Part shown: one piece after another, positions 47,996-58,850 of the stretch
Numbering within the stretch: position 1 is the first letter of the stretch
Layout of the letters: every line of letters begins with the position of its first letter
From: Erysipelotrichaceae bacterium
GTDB taxonomy: Bacteria; Bacillota_I; Bacilli_A; RFN20; CAG-826
Direction of reading: 5' to 3'
Assembly (NCBI GenBank): GCA_015059065.1
Contig: SVBE01000003.1
Span: 2,000-65,999, forward strand
DNA length: 64,000 bases
The notes under the pieces: generated by a model
Seen by the model: only the letters and a program-made list of their open reading frames with translations
Told to the model about the DNA's origin: nothing
The model's database searches: none
Position numbers and translations under genes: made by a program

Positions 47996-50401
47996 ATGGG
48001 ATTCTTTGACAATAGAGCAATTAAAAAGTATGAAAGAGTAGCGGATAAAGTTATGGCGCTTGAAAAGCAAATGCGCGCTTTATCTGACGACGAATTAAGA
48101 GCAAAAACACCTTACTTTAAAGATAGACTTGCAAAGGGTGAAACTCTTGAAGATATCAAAGTTGAGGCTTTCGCGGTCGCTCGTGAAGCAGCGAGAAGAA
48201 CACTTAATGAACATCCTTATAAAGTGCAAATTATCGGTTCGTTAGTTCTTAATGATGGTGATGTTGCAGAAATGAAAACTGGTGAAGGTAAAACTTTAAC
48301 ATGTACTATGGCTGTTTACCTCAATGCATTAGCGGGTAAAGGTGTCCATGTTGTTACTGTTAACGAATACTTATCAACTCGTGACGCGGAATGGATGGGT
48401 CAAGTTTATCGTTTCTTAGGACTTACTGTCGGTGTCAACATGAGAGAAAAGACTGCTTCTGAAAAGAAAGAAGCGTATTTATGCGATATCACATATACCA
48501 CTAACTCTGAATTAGGTTTCGACTACTTAAGAGATAATATGGCGACATCTCGCAAAGCGAGAGTTTTACGTGGACTCAACTTCTGTATCGTTGACGAAGC
48601 TGACTCCATCTTAATCGATGAATCCCGTACTCCACTTATCATTTCTGGTGGTGCGAAAGCTACTGCTTCTCAATATACTGTCGCGGATAGATTCGTTAAG
48701 ACTTTAAAGAAAGAAGTTGATTACGTTGTCGATGTGAAAGAGAAAACGGTCAACTTAACTGATGATGGTAACAAAAAAGCCGATAGAATGTTCGGTATTA
48801 AAAACTTATATGATCCTGAATATGCTGACTTAGTTCACCGTATTCATAACGCTTTAAAAGCAAACTACATTATGGCGAGAGATGTTGATTATCTCGTTGA
48901 TAAAGAAGGCCAAGTGCAAATCATTGACCAATTCACAGGTCGTGTTCTTCCAGGTAGAGAATGGTCTGATGGTTTACATCAAGCCGTTCAAGCTAAAGAA
49001 AACGTGCAAATCAAACAAGAGACAGTTACTCTTGCGACAATCACTTACCAAAACTTCTTCCGTTTATACACAAAGATGGCTGGTATGACAGGTACTGCTA
49101 AAACTGAAGAAGAAGAGTTTAGAAAAATCTACAACATGCGCGTTGTTTGTGTCCCAACTAATAGACCAATTCAAAGAATTGATGCCTTAGATTATGTGTA
49201 CGCCCATAAAGGACCAAAACTCGCTGCGTTAGTTAAGGAAGTCAAAGAAAGACATGAGAAAGGTCAACCAATCTTGATTGGTACTGTTTCCGTTGAATCC
49301 TCTGAAGAAATTTCTGCTTTATTAACTGCAGAAGGCTTGCCGCACGAAATGTTAAACGCGAAGAATCACGCACGTGAAGCGGAAATTATCGCGCTCGCAG
49401 GTCGTAAAGGCGCAATCACGCTCGCTACTAACATGGCTGGTCGTGGTACTGATATCAAAATCGATGATGAAGTAAGAGCCCTTGGTGGTTTATGTGTCTT
49501 TGGTACTGAAAGACATGAATCAAGACGTATTGATAACCAATTACGTGGTCGTAGTGGCCGTCAAGGTGATCCAGGATTCTCTCGTTTCTATGTTTCCTTT
49601 GACGATACTCTCTTAGTGAGATTCGCTGCAGATAACATCCGTAACTTCATTGAAAAGAATTATGGTGATGAAGCTCTTGAAGCAAAGATGATCACTAATG
49701 TCATCACAAGCGCGCAAAAGAGAATTGAAGGACAAAACTTCGATACTCGTAAATCACTTCTTGATTACGACGATGTTTTAGCTAAACAAAGACAAATTGT
49801 CTATGACAAACGTGACCGTATTATCGATGGTTTAGCGATCGATGATATCGTTGATGAAGTGTTCTCCACAACGGGTAACTTCTTAGCTAATAAAGCCGTT
49901 CCATTAGGAAGTAGCGATCAACTTGTCAGTGGTGAAATGCTCATCAAAGAAGTTGAACCAAGATTCTTACCAAACGGCTCACTTAATAAAAACTTATATG
50001 ATGAATCTCCAGTTGAAGACTGTGGACCAGACCTCGGTGATGTCATCTATGACTACTATTTAGAAAGACAAAAAGATTGGCCAGAAGGAGCGGTTGATGA
50101 AGTGCAACGTAACGTCATCCTCCACTGTATTGATAACAACTGGACTAAACACATTGACGCGATGGCAAGACTTCGTGAAGGTATCCATTTAAGAAGCTAT
50201 GCGAACGTCAACCCACTTCAAGACTACGTTAACGAAGGTTACCGCATGTTTAGAGAATGCTTAGAAATCGCCTCTGTCGATTCCGTTTTAAACCTCGTTA
50301 ATATCAAAGTTGAAAGAAGACCTGAAGCCGAATTAAGCGCTCCAGCGGAAGATAATAAACCAGCTGAACAACCAGCTGAAAAGAAAGAAGAAGACAAATA
50401 A
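47996..50401 (+). CDS. secA: Preprotein translocase ATPase SecA, lacking C-terminal SEC-C motif
   Basis: EMKTGEGKT, VTVNEYL, DEADSILIDE, TNMAGRGTDI, RRIDNQLRGRSGRQGD. Confidence 0.98.
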   Translation: MGFFDNRAIKKYERVADKVMALEKQMRALSDDELRAKTPYFKDRLAKGETLEDIKVEAFAVAREAARRTLNEHPYKVQIIGSLVLNDGDVAEMKTGEGKTLTCTMAVYLNALAGKGVHVVTVNEYLSTRDAEWMGQVYRFLGLTVGVNMREKTASEKKEAYLCDITYTTNSELGFDYLRDNMATSRKARVLRGLNFCIVDEADSILIDESRTPLIISGGAKATASQYTVADRFVKTLKKEVDYVVDVKEKTVNLTDDGNKKADRMFGIKNLYDPEYADLVHRIHNALKANYIMARDVDYLVDKEGQVQIIDQFTGRVLPGREWSDGLHQAVQAKENVQIKQETVTLATITYQNFFRLYTKMAGMTGTAKTEEEEFRKIYNMRVVCVPTNRPIQRIDALDYVYAHKGPKLAALVKEVKERHEKGQPILIGTVSVESSEEISALLTAEGLPHEMLNAKNHAREAEIIALAGRKGAITLATNMAGRGTDIKIDDEVRALGGLCVFGTERHESRRIDNQLRGRSGRQGDPGFSRFYVSFDDTLLVRFAADNIRNFIEKNYGDEALEAKMITNVITSAQKRIEGQNFDTRKSLLDYDDVLAKQRQIVYDKRDRIIDGLAIDDIVDEVFSTTGNFLANKAVPLGSSDQLVSGEMLIKEVEPRFLPNGSLNKNLYDESPVEDCGPDLGDVIYDYYLERQKDWPEGAVDEVQRNVILHCIDNNWTKHIDAMARLREGIHLRSYANVNPLQDYVNEGYRMFRECLEIASVDSVLNLVNIKVERRPEAELSAPAEDNKPAEQPAEKKEEDK

Positions 50402-51505
50402 TGAAAGACCTCGTTACTCTTAGACAAGAACTTGGTGCTGTTGGCGAGAGAATCCGTCAACTCGGGTCTTCTCTTTGACCTCGCTCAATTAGAAAAAGAT
50501 ATTAAAGAATTAACAGCCCAAAGCGAAAGCGAAACTTTTTGGAATGACCGTAAAAGCGCTTTAGAAATCATTGAAAAACTCAATAATTCCAAGCAAAACT
50601 ACGATATTTTTAATAATTTAACAAACAGTTATAATGACCTAAACGAACTATTATCACTTGGTGATGAATCAATTTTAGAAGGGATTGAAGAATCATTAAA
50701 TGAACTAGAACAAGAGACAAAAGAATTTGAAGTTAGCAGACTCTTTTCTGGTGAATTTGATAACCTTAACGCGATTATTGAAATCCATCCAGGAGCGGGT
50801 GGAACAGAAGCTCAAGACTGGGCGGATATGTTGCATCGTATGTATGTGCTATATGCTGAGAGTCATCGTTTTAAAATGCAAACCATCTCCTTTGAACCTG
50901 GTGAAGAAGCAGGTATTAAATCTGTAACGATGAAAATAAGTGGCAAACATGCTTATGGATTATTAAAAGGTGAAAAAGGTGTTCATCGATTAGTGAGAAT
51001 ATCTCCTTTCGATGCAAATAAAAGGAGACATACTTCCTTTGCTTCCGTTAACGTCATTCCTGAATTTAAAGATGAGAATATTGATATTCAAATTCCTGAT
51101 TCAGACTTAAAGGTTGATACATATCGAAGTGGTGGCGCAGGCGGACAAAACGTCAACAAGGTTGAAACTGCAGTTCGCATTACTCACTTACCAACTGGTA
51201 TTGTTGTTTCTTGTCAGATTGAAAGAAGCCAACTCTTAAATAAAGAAACAGCGATGAGCATGTTAAAAAGCCGTCTATATTTATTAGAAGTTGAAGCAAG
51301 ACAGAATAAGCTCAATTCCATCGTCGGTGAAAAGAAGAATATTGAATGGGGTAGCCAAATACGTTCTTATGTCTTCTGCCCATATACGCTTGTAAAAGAT
51401 AACCGCACAGATTATGAAGAAGTCAATGTCGAGTCTGTGATGAACGGCAATATCGATGGATTCATATATGCATATTTACAAGAGGAGGCGAAACAGCATG
51501 GGTAA
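50401..51505 (+). CDS. prfB: Peptide chain release factor 2, programmed +1 frameshift at CTT TGA C (50473-50479)
   Basis: ATG 50401 reads [25 protein letters not shown] then TGA; +1 frame continues DLAQLEKD... with SPF and GAGGQ motifs. Confidence 0.95.
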
Positions 51506-52436
51506 TTTAAAAGAAAAAGTAATGTCTAGAGACTTTGGAATAAAAGCGTTTCGTGTTTTTCTTGTTATTTTAGGTTCGGCAATTCTTGCTTTTGGAGCGG
51601 GTGTTTTCCTCACTAAATTAGAGATTGTTTCCGGTGGATTAAGCGGTATTGCTATCATCATTCAACACTTTATCGGTGGTGGTGATCAATACATTGATAT
51701 TATCGTTGGTGGAGCAAGCGTTCTTTTGTTCTTTGTGGGCTTGTTCTTTATCGGTAAAGAATTTGCTTTTAAAACTCTTGTTTCATCTATCGCTTACCCA
51801 GCCTTTTTAGCCTTATTCCTCCGTATTCCAGTTTTCCAACAAATAGCCACGGTTGTTGCTGGAGATGGTTCTATTGGATATATCATCCTTTGTGGTGTCT
51901 TTGGTGGTGTCTTTGTTGGCTCTGGTGTGGCTTTAACTTTCCTCGGTGGTGGATCCACTGGTGGAGTCGACATTATCATTGTGATGATTGCCGAAAAGAC
52001 AAGAGCCAAGGAGTCCGTCATCTCTTTTGCAGTTGATGCTTCCATCATTCTCCTCTCCATCATCTTAATTCGTGAAAACTTTGTTAACTCATTATGTGGT
52101 GTTATTTCAGCCTTCGCGGCGTCTTTGATGATTGAGTATATCTATGTTAACCAAACCGCGAGTATTCAAGCCGATGTCATCTCTGATAAATGGGAAGAGA
52201 TATCAAGGTTTGCTCAAGATGAGATGGGTAGAGGCGCAACAATCATTAAAGCCCAAGGTGGATATAAGAATGAAGACAGAATAATCCTTCGTGTCGTCTT
52301 TGATAGAAGACAGTTTGATCAATTCAAAAAGTTTATCGCTAAGACGGATCCAAAAGCCTTTACAACATTCACTCAGACAAACGCTGTTTACGGTGAAGGA
52401 TTCATTCCAAACACAAATAAAAAAAGTAAAAAATAA
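51498..52436 (+). CDS. YitT family membrane protein (DUF2179 C-terminus)
   Basis: [21 protein letters not shown]...GGY, DPKAF; GAGG RBS before ATG 51498. Confidence 0.9.
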   Translation: MGNLKEKVMSRDFGIKAFRVFLVILGSAILAFGAGVFLTKLEIVSGGLSGIAIIIQHFIGGGDQYIDIIVGGASVLLFFVGLFFIGKEFAFKTLVSSIAYPAFLALFLRIPVFQQIATVVAGDGSIGYIILCGVFGGVFVGSGVALTFLGGGSTGGVDIIIVMIAEKTRAKESVISFAVDASIILLSIILIRENFVNSLCGVISAFAASLMIEYIYVNQTASIQADVISDKWEEISRFAQDEMGRGATIIKAQGGYKNEDRIILRVVFDRRQFDQFKKFIAKTDPKAFTTFTQTNAVYGEGFIPNTNKKSKK

Positions 52437-52453
52437 GGGATTTGCATTAAAAA

Positions 52454-54436
52454 ATGGACGAAACGCACGAATTTCAACTAGTTTCTAATTTCAAACCAAC
52501 AGGTGATCAACCTACCGCAATTAAGTCGTTATGTGATGGTTTAAATGCCGGTAAAAAGCTTCAAGTTCTTTTAGGCGCGACTGGTACAGGTAAAACTTTT
52601 ACCATGGCCAACATCATCGTTAAAGAGCAACGTCCAGCATTGATACTCGTCCATAACAAAACTTTGGCGAGCCAGCTATACTCTGAATTTAAAGAATTAT
52701 TTCCTCATAACCGTGTTGAATATTTCGTCTCAAATTTCGATTTCTATCAACCGGAAGCCTATATTCCTAAAAGCGATACTTATGTCAGCAAGAATGCAGT
52801 GATGAACGATGAGATTGAGATGTTAAGAACAAGTGCGATTAACTCCATCATCGAAAGAAGAGACACGATCATCGTTGCCTCTGTGGCCTCAATATATGGA
52901 TTAACTGATCCGGATGAGTATAAAGAACTCGTTTTTGATATCCGTGTTGGTGAGACTATCAATCGTTCCCATTTCTTTAAACGCCTCGTGGACGCTCAAT
53001 ATAAAAGAGATAATCTCGATTTGACTCCAGGCTGTTTTAGAACTAGAGGCGATTTAATTGAAATCGTGCCAGCGAATGCTTCTGATGGCCACGTTATTAG
53101 AATTGATACGTTTGGAGACGAAGTTGAAAAGATTTATGAATATAACCTTGTTACAGGAGAAGTAGTTCATACTTTTCAAACATACCCAATCTTTCCAGCC
53201 TATGATCACGCGTCAACAAGAGAAAGAATTAGAAGCGCTTGTGAGTCAATTAGAGAAGAATTACAAGAACGATTAGCGTATTTTAGAGGCGAAGGCAAAC
53301 TTTTAGAAGAAGAAAGACTCTCCATGCGTACCAACCAAGATTTGGATAGTATGATGGAGTTTGGAATGTGCCCAGGCATTGAAAATTATTCCCGTCATAT
53401 CGATAAAAGAAAACCAGGAGAACGTCCATTCTGCTTATTAGATTATTTCCCAGATGATTTTCTTTTATTTATCGATGAATCTCACGTCTCTATTCCTCAA
53501 TTAAGAGGAATGTATAACGGAGATAGAAGTAGAAAGCTCACCCTTGTGGAATATGGTTTTAGACTTCCTTCTGCCTTAGATAATCGTCCACTTAATTTTG
53601 AAGAATTTGAAGCGATGATGCCACAGACAATTTGTACATCTGCGACCCCAGGAGATTATGAATTAGAAAGATGTAATCATGAAGTTGCGGAACAAATCAT
53701 TAGACCAACAGGTTTATTAGATCCTCGCATTGAAGTGAGAAAGACATTAGGACAAGTCGATGATATTCTTTTTGAAATCAAACAACGTATTGAAAAGAAT
53801 GAAAGAGTGATGATTGTCGCTCTTACAATCAATATGGCAGAAGACCTCACTAATTATCTCAAGGAAAAAGGCGTTAAAGCAGTCTATTTACATCATGAAA
53901 CTAAGACATTAGAAAGAAGTGAAGTTATCTATCAACTCCGTAAGGGTAAATACGATGTTTTAGTAGGTATCAACTTATTAAGAGAAGGTCTTGATATTCC
54001 AGAAGTTTCTTTGGTTTGTATTTTAGACGCTGATAAAGAAGGTTTCTTAAGAAGCACTAGATCATTAGTTCAAGTTACAGGAAGAGCGGCTCGTAATGCG
54101 AACGGTTTAGTTATCATGTATGCAGATAATATGACTGATTCAATGAGAGAAGCAATCACTGAAACCAATAGAAGAAGAGAGATACAGTCTCGTTATAACG
54201 ATGAAAATGGTATCGTTCCAACTACAATCATCAAAGCGATCACCCCGCCAATCCATAACAGCGATAACGAAATCGATGAAATTATTAAGCTATCTAAACA
54301 CGGAACTCGTAATGAGATTAATCAAAAGATTAAAGACCTTGAATCACAGATGCGTAAAGCTGCGAAAGAATTCGACTTTGAAAGAGCGGCAGAGCTACGT
54401 GATATCGTCTTAGAGATGAAGGCTTCTATCAACTAA
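52454..54436 (+). CDS. uvrB: Excinuclease ABC subunit B
   Basis: PTGDQP, LGATGTGKT, HNKTLA, DESH, GINLLREGLD, C-terminal UVR domain FERAAELRD. Confidence 0.98.
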   Translation: MDETHEFQLVSNFKPTGDQPTAIKSLCDGLNAGKKLQVLLGATGTGKTFTMANIIVKEQRPALILVHNKTLASQLYSEFKELFPHNRVEYFVSNFDFYQPEAYIPKSDTYVSKNAVMNDEIEMLRTSAINSIIERRDTIIVASVASIYGLTDPDEYKELVFDIRVGETINRSHFFKRLVDAQYKRDNLDLTPGCFRTRGDLIEIVPANASDGHVIRIDTFGDEVEKIYEYNLVTGEVVHTFQTYPIFPAYDHASTRERIRSACESIREELQERLAYFRGEGKLLEEERLSMRTNQDLDSMMEFGMCPGIENYSRHIDKRKPGERPFCLLDYFPDDFLLFIDESHVSIPQLRGMYNGDRSRKLTLVEYGFRLPSALDNRPLNFEEFEAMMPQTICTSATPGDYELERCNHEVAEQIIRPTGLLDPRIEVRKTLGQVDDILFEIKQRIEKNERVMIVALTINMAEDLTNYLKEKGVKAVYLHHETKTLERSEVIYQLRKGKYDVLVGINLLREGLDIPEVSLVCILDADKEGFLRSTRSLVQVTGRAARNANGLVIMYADNMTDSMREAITETNRRREIQSRYNDENGIVPTTIIKAITPPIHNSDNEIDEIIKLSKHGTRNEINQKIKDLESQMRKAAKEFDFERAAELRDIVLEMKASIN

Positions 54437-54505
54437 AAAATAATTTTTTATTGATAAACAAGTTTGATATCGAGTAATATATTTAGGCACGAAGGAGAAA
54501 ACAAT

Positions 54506-54736
54506 ATGAATTGGTATGACATTATCTTAGCAGTCGTTAGCATCATCATCATTGTTTTATGCTTACTCCAAGGTGGTAAATCAGAAGGTGCTTCTGGTGC
54601 TATCACTGGTGGTGGACTTAACGTTTTCGTCAAGACTAAAGAAAGAGGTATGGAGAAAGTTGTTTCCATTCTCACTCTCATCTTCGCGATTACCTTCTTC
54701 TTAATCGCAATCTTAATTAACGTCTTCAATCATTAA
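54506..54736 (+). CDS. secG: Preprotein translocase subunit SecG
   Basis: Two TMs, LLQGGKSEGASGAITGG, KERG.EK; AGGAG RBS before ATG 54506. Confidence 0.92.
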   Translation: MNWYDIILAVVSIIIIVLCLLQGGKSEGASGAITGGGLNVFVKTKERGMEKVVSILTLIFAITFFLIAILINVFNH

Positions 54737-54753
54737 TTGATATCTGTAAAAAG

Positions 54754-54786
54754 AAAAATGGAACTGCGTTGACAGTTCCTTTTTTT
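54754..54786. terminator. Bidirectional terminator
   Basis: AAAAAT-GGAACTG-CGTTGA-CAGTTCC-TTTTT between secG and yolD-like gene. Confidence 0.85.
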
Positions 54787-55099
54787 AGTCGTTATCTTTA
54801 ATTCCTAATAGTTCAGAAAACTTAATCTTGCTTCTATCAGGTAATATTAATTCTCTATTTTCGGGAGATATCTTCTTTATAGTAGTGGTAATTTCTTTTA
54901 TTTCATTATCTCGATAATATGTGATGATAACTTCTTGTCCGGCATAATTAACAAGGTGATAATTTATTTCATCAGCTTCCTCGCTAGAAATCTGTGGTTT
55001 TGCCTTTTTATATTGGTTTTGCATTGTTTTTTCTACCGCAGGCATATGATCTTCTAATGTTTTATAAGCATTCCATTTCTTCATTCCGCGATCGCTCAT
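54785..55099 (-). CDS. YolD-like protein
   Basis: MSDRGMKKW N-terminus, KP.IS.EE, ITYY; coupled to the Y-family polymerase. Confidence 0.88.
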   Translation of the reverse strand: MSDRGMKKWNAYKTLEDHMPAVEKTMQNQYKKAKPQISSEEADEINYHLVNYAGQEVIITYYRDNEIKEITTTIKKISPENRELILPDRSKIKFSELLGIKDND

Positions 55100-56343
55100 C
55101 TTTTATGCCCTCCAATAAATTCATGTCGTTCTTTTGCGGTGCTGTAATCAGTTAAAGCACTAGCTCTTAATAACAGGTTTTTCCCATATTTATTATGTAT
55201 CTCATCAATCATCAGTTGTAGATTTCTTTTCTCTTCTTGTGCCTTTGGATCTTTAAATAAATCTAGTTGTTCCACATTGTGATTGTGGTTGAGATGACCA
55301 AAGGAGATATGGACTTGTCTAATTGGTAAGTTAGTGACATTACGGTCATATAAATCAATCAAAGCTTGATATAGTTCATCGGTATCATCAGTAGCTTTCA
55401 TTAACGACATCTGCCTTGAAAATCCACCTTGATCAGAGGAATAACCAATACCCACTGCGACTAGGTCTGTCTTCATCTTTCCGTCTCTCATCTTTCCCGC
55501 GAGGTCGTCGCATAATTCACGGATGATGAGTCTTGTTTCTTTGACGTTATAGTCTCTTGGTAATGTTTGGCCAAAGGATAATGATTTTTCTTTTGGCTCA
55601 TAATCTTCGTGAATATCAGATTCGTCAATACCATTAGCCTGGTCGACAAGTTGGTCACCCATAATGCCGAATTTCGCGCGCATTAAATCTCTATTCGCAT
55701 TCGCGACATCACCCATATTATGCATCCCTAATCTATTAAGCCTTGCTTCTAGCCTTGGTCCAATACCCCATATCTTATTTAAAGGAGTGATTGGCCATAA
55801 TTTGGTCTTAACATCTTCATAATGGAGTTCACCGATACCATCTTTCGCTTTTTTCGCAAAGACATCTAAGGCTACTTTTGCAAGGAAGAAGTTATCTCCT
55901 AATCCAGCGGTCGCTTGTAATCCCGTTTTCTCTTTAACTCTATTGATAATATCAATGACAAGACTCTTTCCATCCTTTTTATAATAAGGAATATAGGTGG
56001 TGAGATCGATAAAGGCTTCATCAATTGAATAGACGTGCATATCTTCCTCGCTGACGAATTCTAAAAAGGTATTAATCACTTCACAAGATTTTTCGATATA
56101 CCTCTCCATTCTTGGAGTGGCAAAGACATAATTATATCCCTTTGGTAAATCTTTCATTCTTACTCTAGAAGGAACACCTTTACTTTTTAAGTATGGAGTG
56201 ACAGAGAGGATGATGGTGTTCACGCTTCTGGAGCGATCACCCACGACCAAAGGAGTGGTCCACGGATCAAGTCCGCGGTCAAGACACTCAACGTATGAGT
56301 AAAAGGCTTTCAAATCGATGACGGTGATGACTCTATTATTCAT
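55096..56343 (-). CDS. Y-family (UmuC/ImpB/UvrX-like) DNA polymerase
   Basis: IDLKAFYSYVE, YSIDEAFID, AKVALD, WGIGPR, QLDLF clamp motif, GGHK C-terminus. Confidence 0.93.
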   Translation of the reverse strand: MNNRVITVIDLKAFYSYVECLDRGLDPWTTPLVVGDRSRSVNTIILSVTPYLKSKGVPSRVRMKDLPKGYNYVFATPRMERYIEKSCEVINTFLEFVSEEDMHVYSIDEAFIDLTTYIPYYKKDGKSLVIDIINRVKEKTGLQATAGLGDNFFLAKVALDVFAKKAKDGIGELHYEDVKTKLWPITPLNKIWGIGPRLEARLNRLGMHNMGDVANANRDLMRAKFGIMGDQLVDQANGIDESDIHEDYEPKEKSLSFGQTLPRDYNVKETRLIIRELCDDLAGKMRDGKMKTDLVAVGIGYSSDQGGFSRQMSLMKATDDTDELYQALIDLYDRNVTNLPIRQVHISFGHLNHNHNVEQLDLFKDPKAQEEKRNLQLMIDEIHNKYGKNLLLRASALTDYSTAKERHEFIGGHKR

Positions 56344-56394
56344 TGTATGAATATTGTAAACAATTTCTCATCCTTCTTCATCAAAATATTATCA

Positions 56395-56415
56395 TTGTCC
56401 ACATTTTGTGGATAA
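56395..56415. promoter_or_regulatory. Pair of inverted DnaA boxes
   Basis: TTGTCCACA (1 mismatch) ttt TGTGGATAA (perfect TTATCCACA on minus strand) in the divergent promoter region. Confidence 0.7.
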
Positions 56416-56463
56416 CTCCAATTAAAGAGTGATTAATAAGAATAATTTTGATAAAGTATTCTT

Positions 56464-57705
56464 ATGGAAATCGTTATCATCATTTTGGTCTCAATTACCC
56501 TTTTAGGCTTACTCGCCTTCTTTATCTATGAAGTGAAAGCCCATAGGAATGTCAAAGAACCAGAACTCAATTTAAAAGAGATTTGGGAGATTCAACATAA
56601 ACTAAACGAATTGAATAATGAGATTAAAAACGATATCGAATTATCAGTAGCCAAGCAGATGAAAGAGATTGCAGAGCATGATAATAAAACAAACGAATTA
56701 AACAATGAGAAACTAGAGAGATTCCAAAAGAACATTTCTGAGAGTATCAATAAGAGATTTGATTCTTTAAACGAACAAATGACTCTCAAGATGAGTGAGA
56801 TCAATAAGAAAGTTGATCAACAATTAGAACAGGGTTTCAAAACTACTACTGAATCAATGTCTCAGGTTAGAGAAAGATTAAAAGTCATCGATGAGGCTCA
56901 AAAGAATATTGAATCACTCTCTAAGGATGTCGTCTCGTTAAAGAATGTTTTAGAGAACAATCAAAATAGAGGCCAATACGGCGAATATCAATTATCCATG
57001 GTTCTCCATAATGTTTTCGGCGACACGATTGGTTGTTATAAAGAACAATATACGATTAAGAATGCGAAAGATGAAGAGAATAAGGTAAGAGCAGATGCGG
57101 TGGTCTTTATGCCAGAACCAAACAAGATGATTTGTATCGATTCTAAATTCCCATTTGCTACTTATGCGAGATTATTTGAAACTACTGACGAGAAAGAAAA
57201 AGAAGACTTACAAAAACTATTTGTCTCCGATGTGAAGAAACACATCACGACGATTAAAAACAAATACATCATCGATGGTAAAACCGCTCCTCAAGCGATT
57301 ATGTTCATTCCTAACGATGGTATCTTTGCCTATATCCATCAAAACTGTGAATCGGTCGTGGAATATGCGAGACAATGCGAAGTCATTTTAACTTCCCCGT
57401 CTACTCTTCCAGCGATATTAGTAACCATCAATATGATTCGTATTGAAGGCGAAAGAGCAAAGAACGTCAGAGAGATAACTAATCAACTTGTGAAATTAGG
57501 TAAAGAGTTTGGCATGTTCTCTAAAGAATGGGAGACATTCTCTACTCAACTTGGAAGAGCGAGCAGTTCTAAAGATAAACTCGATAATCGTGTTAACAAG
57601 ATTAACAATAAATTTGAAGCATTAAAAATAAGTGACACAAAATACGACGAAATCGAAGAAAAGGCGACTTTTGTCGAGGATTTTGATGAAATAGATGGAG
57701 ATTAA
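56464..57705 (+). CDS. rmuC: DNA recombination protein RmuC
   Basis: N-terminal TM, coiled coil, RGQYGEYQL, ADAVV..P....IDSKFP, AIMFIP, SPSTL. Confidence 0.92.
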   Translation: MEIVIIILVSITLLGLLAFFIYEVKAHRNVKEPELNLKEIWEIQHKLNELNNEIKNDIELSVAKQMKEIAEHDNKTNELNNEKLERFQKNISESINKRFDSLNEQMTLKMSEINKKVDQQLEQGFKTTTESMSQVRERLKVIDEAQKNIESLSKDVVSLKNVLENNQNRGQYGEYQLSMVLHNVFGDTIGCYKEQYTIKNAKDEENKVRADAVVFMPEPNKMICIDSKFPFATYARLFETTDEKEKEDLQKLFVSDVKKHITTIKNKYIIDGKTAPQAIMFIPNDGIFAYIHQNCESVVEYARQCEVILTSPSTLPAILVTINMIRIEGERAKNVREITNQLVKLGKEFGMFSKEWETFSTQLGRASSSKDKLDNRVNKINNKFEALKISDTKYDEIEEKATFVEDFDEIDGD

Positions 57706-57708
57706 TTT

Positions 57709-58728
57709 ATGGCAGAAAATAAAGAAAACGAAAAGATGTCGTTTGAAGAATATAAGGCAAGATACACAAAACCAGAGAACGGTAAACTAATCAAAGCTGG
57801 TCTCGTTTTCCTCATTGGTGGAATTGGAGTTATCGTCTTCACCTGCTTATTCCTCATCTGTTTAAGGGTGTATGAAATCAACGATATTGCTGGATATGTC
57901 GCAATCGGTGTTTCTGTACTCATCTTCATCTTCTTATTCATCGTTCCAGTAACGAAAATCCATAAGATGAAATATTTCATCACCAATGTGAATGATAGAA
58001 CGGTGAGAAACGCTCAGAAGCACAACAAACAACTTAGAACAGAAATCGCTGATAAGATGATTGACTACAATGCGAAAGTGGAAGGAGCGACTTGGTACAA
58101 CGAAAAGCTCGTTGGTGAATTAGCCATTGCCCGTGTATCAAATAACGATAAACAGATTAAATCATTGTTAGGCCAAATCTATGATGGTGATGTGAAGAAA
58201 CAATCTCGTAAATTAATTAGAGATCATGCTTTAAAGATTGGTTTAGTGACAATGTTCTCACAATCTCAATTTGTCGACACCGCTTTCGTCGCAGTGTATG
58301 AGCTTGGTCTTATCAAAGATTTAGTGTATCTCTATGGCTTTAGACCAAGTGATTCTAAGCTCATGAAAATATATTTAACTGTTCTTACTAATTCTTTAAC
58401 TGCATATGGTATTTCTGCGACATCATCTAACTTTGTGGGTGGTATTGCGAACAGTATTTCAAACGCTGTTAGCAAAGTTTCAGCCTTATCAAGCGTTATC
58501 TCTGTAGTGGTGAGTTCCACAATTCAAGGTGTGGTTAATGCCTCTTTAAGCGTTATTATTGGCTTACAAACAAGAGAATACTTATTACACGAATATCACT
58601 TACAAGATGTATTAGATGAAATTGAGTTCGAAGAAGTTGATGAAAAAGAGATGATCAACGAAGTTAAAACTGAGATTCTTAAAAACGCGAAGCCAATCGG
58701 CAAGAAAGCCAAACTTGTTGAAGCATAA
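57709..58728 (+). CDS. YcjF/DUF697-like membrane protein
   Basis: Two N-terminal TMs; SQ..FVD, LI..L..LYG.RP, QGVVNA...IG motifs. Confidence 0.7.
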   Translation: MAENKENEKMSFEEYKARYTKPENGKLIKAGLVFLIGGIGVIVFTCLFLICLRVYEINDIAGYVAIGVSVLIFIFLFIVPVTKIHKMKYFITNVNDRTVRNAQKHNKQLRTEIADKMIDYNAKVEGATWYNEKLVGELAIARVSNNDKQIKSLLGQIYDGDVKKQSRKLIRDHALKIGLVTMFSQSQFVDTAFVAVYELGLIKDLVYLYGFRPSDSKLMKIYLTVLTNSLTAYGISATSSNFVGGIANSISNAVSKVSALSSVISVVVSSTIQGVVNASLSVIIGLQTREYLLHEYHLQDVLDEIEFEEVDEKEMINEVKTEILKNAKPIGKKAKLVEA

Positions 58729-58759
58729 TTATCTAGATATTTTAAGATAAATGCCTTAA

Positions 58760-58765
58760 TATAAT
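58760..58765 (+). promoter_or_regulatory. -10 box of tRNA-Ala promoter
   Basis: Perfect TATAAT 8 nt upstream of the tRNA; no clear -35. Confidence 0.55.
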
Positions 58766-58773
58766 ATGGCACT

Positions 58774-58849
58774 GGGTCTGTAGCTCACCTGGGAGAGCGC
58801 ATCGTTCGCAACGATGAGGTAGAGAGTTCGAGCCTCTTCAGATCCACCA
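58774..58849 (+). tRNA. tRNA-Ala (anticodon CGC)
   Basis: 76-nt cloverleaf GGGTCTG...CAGATCC-A-CCA, G3:U70 Ala identity pair, anticodon arm CATCG-TTCGCAA-CGATG, GTTCGA T-loop. Confidence 0.96.
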
Positions 58850-58850
58850 T

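Noticed and set aside
50401-50480. Premature stop in prfB suggesting a pseudogene
   Set aside because: Canonical CTT TGA C programmed frameshift site
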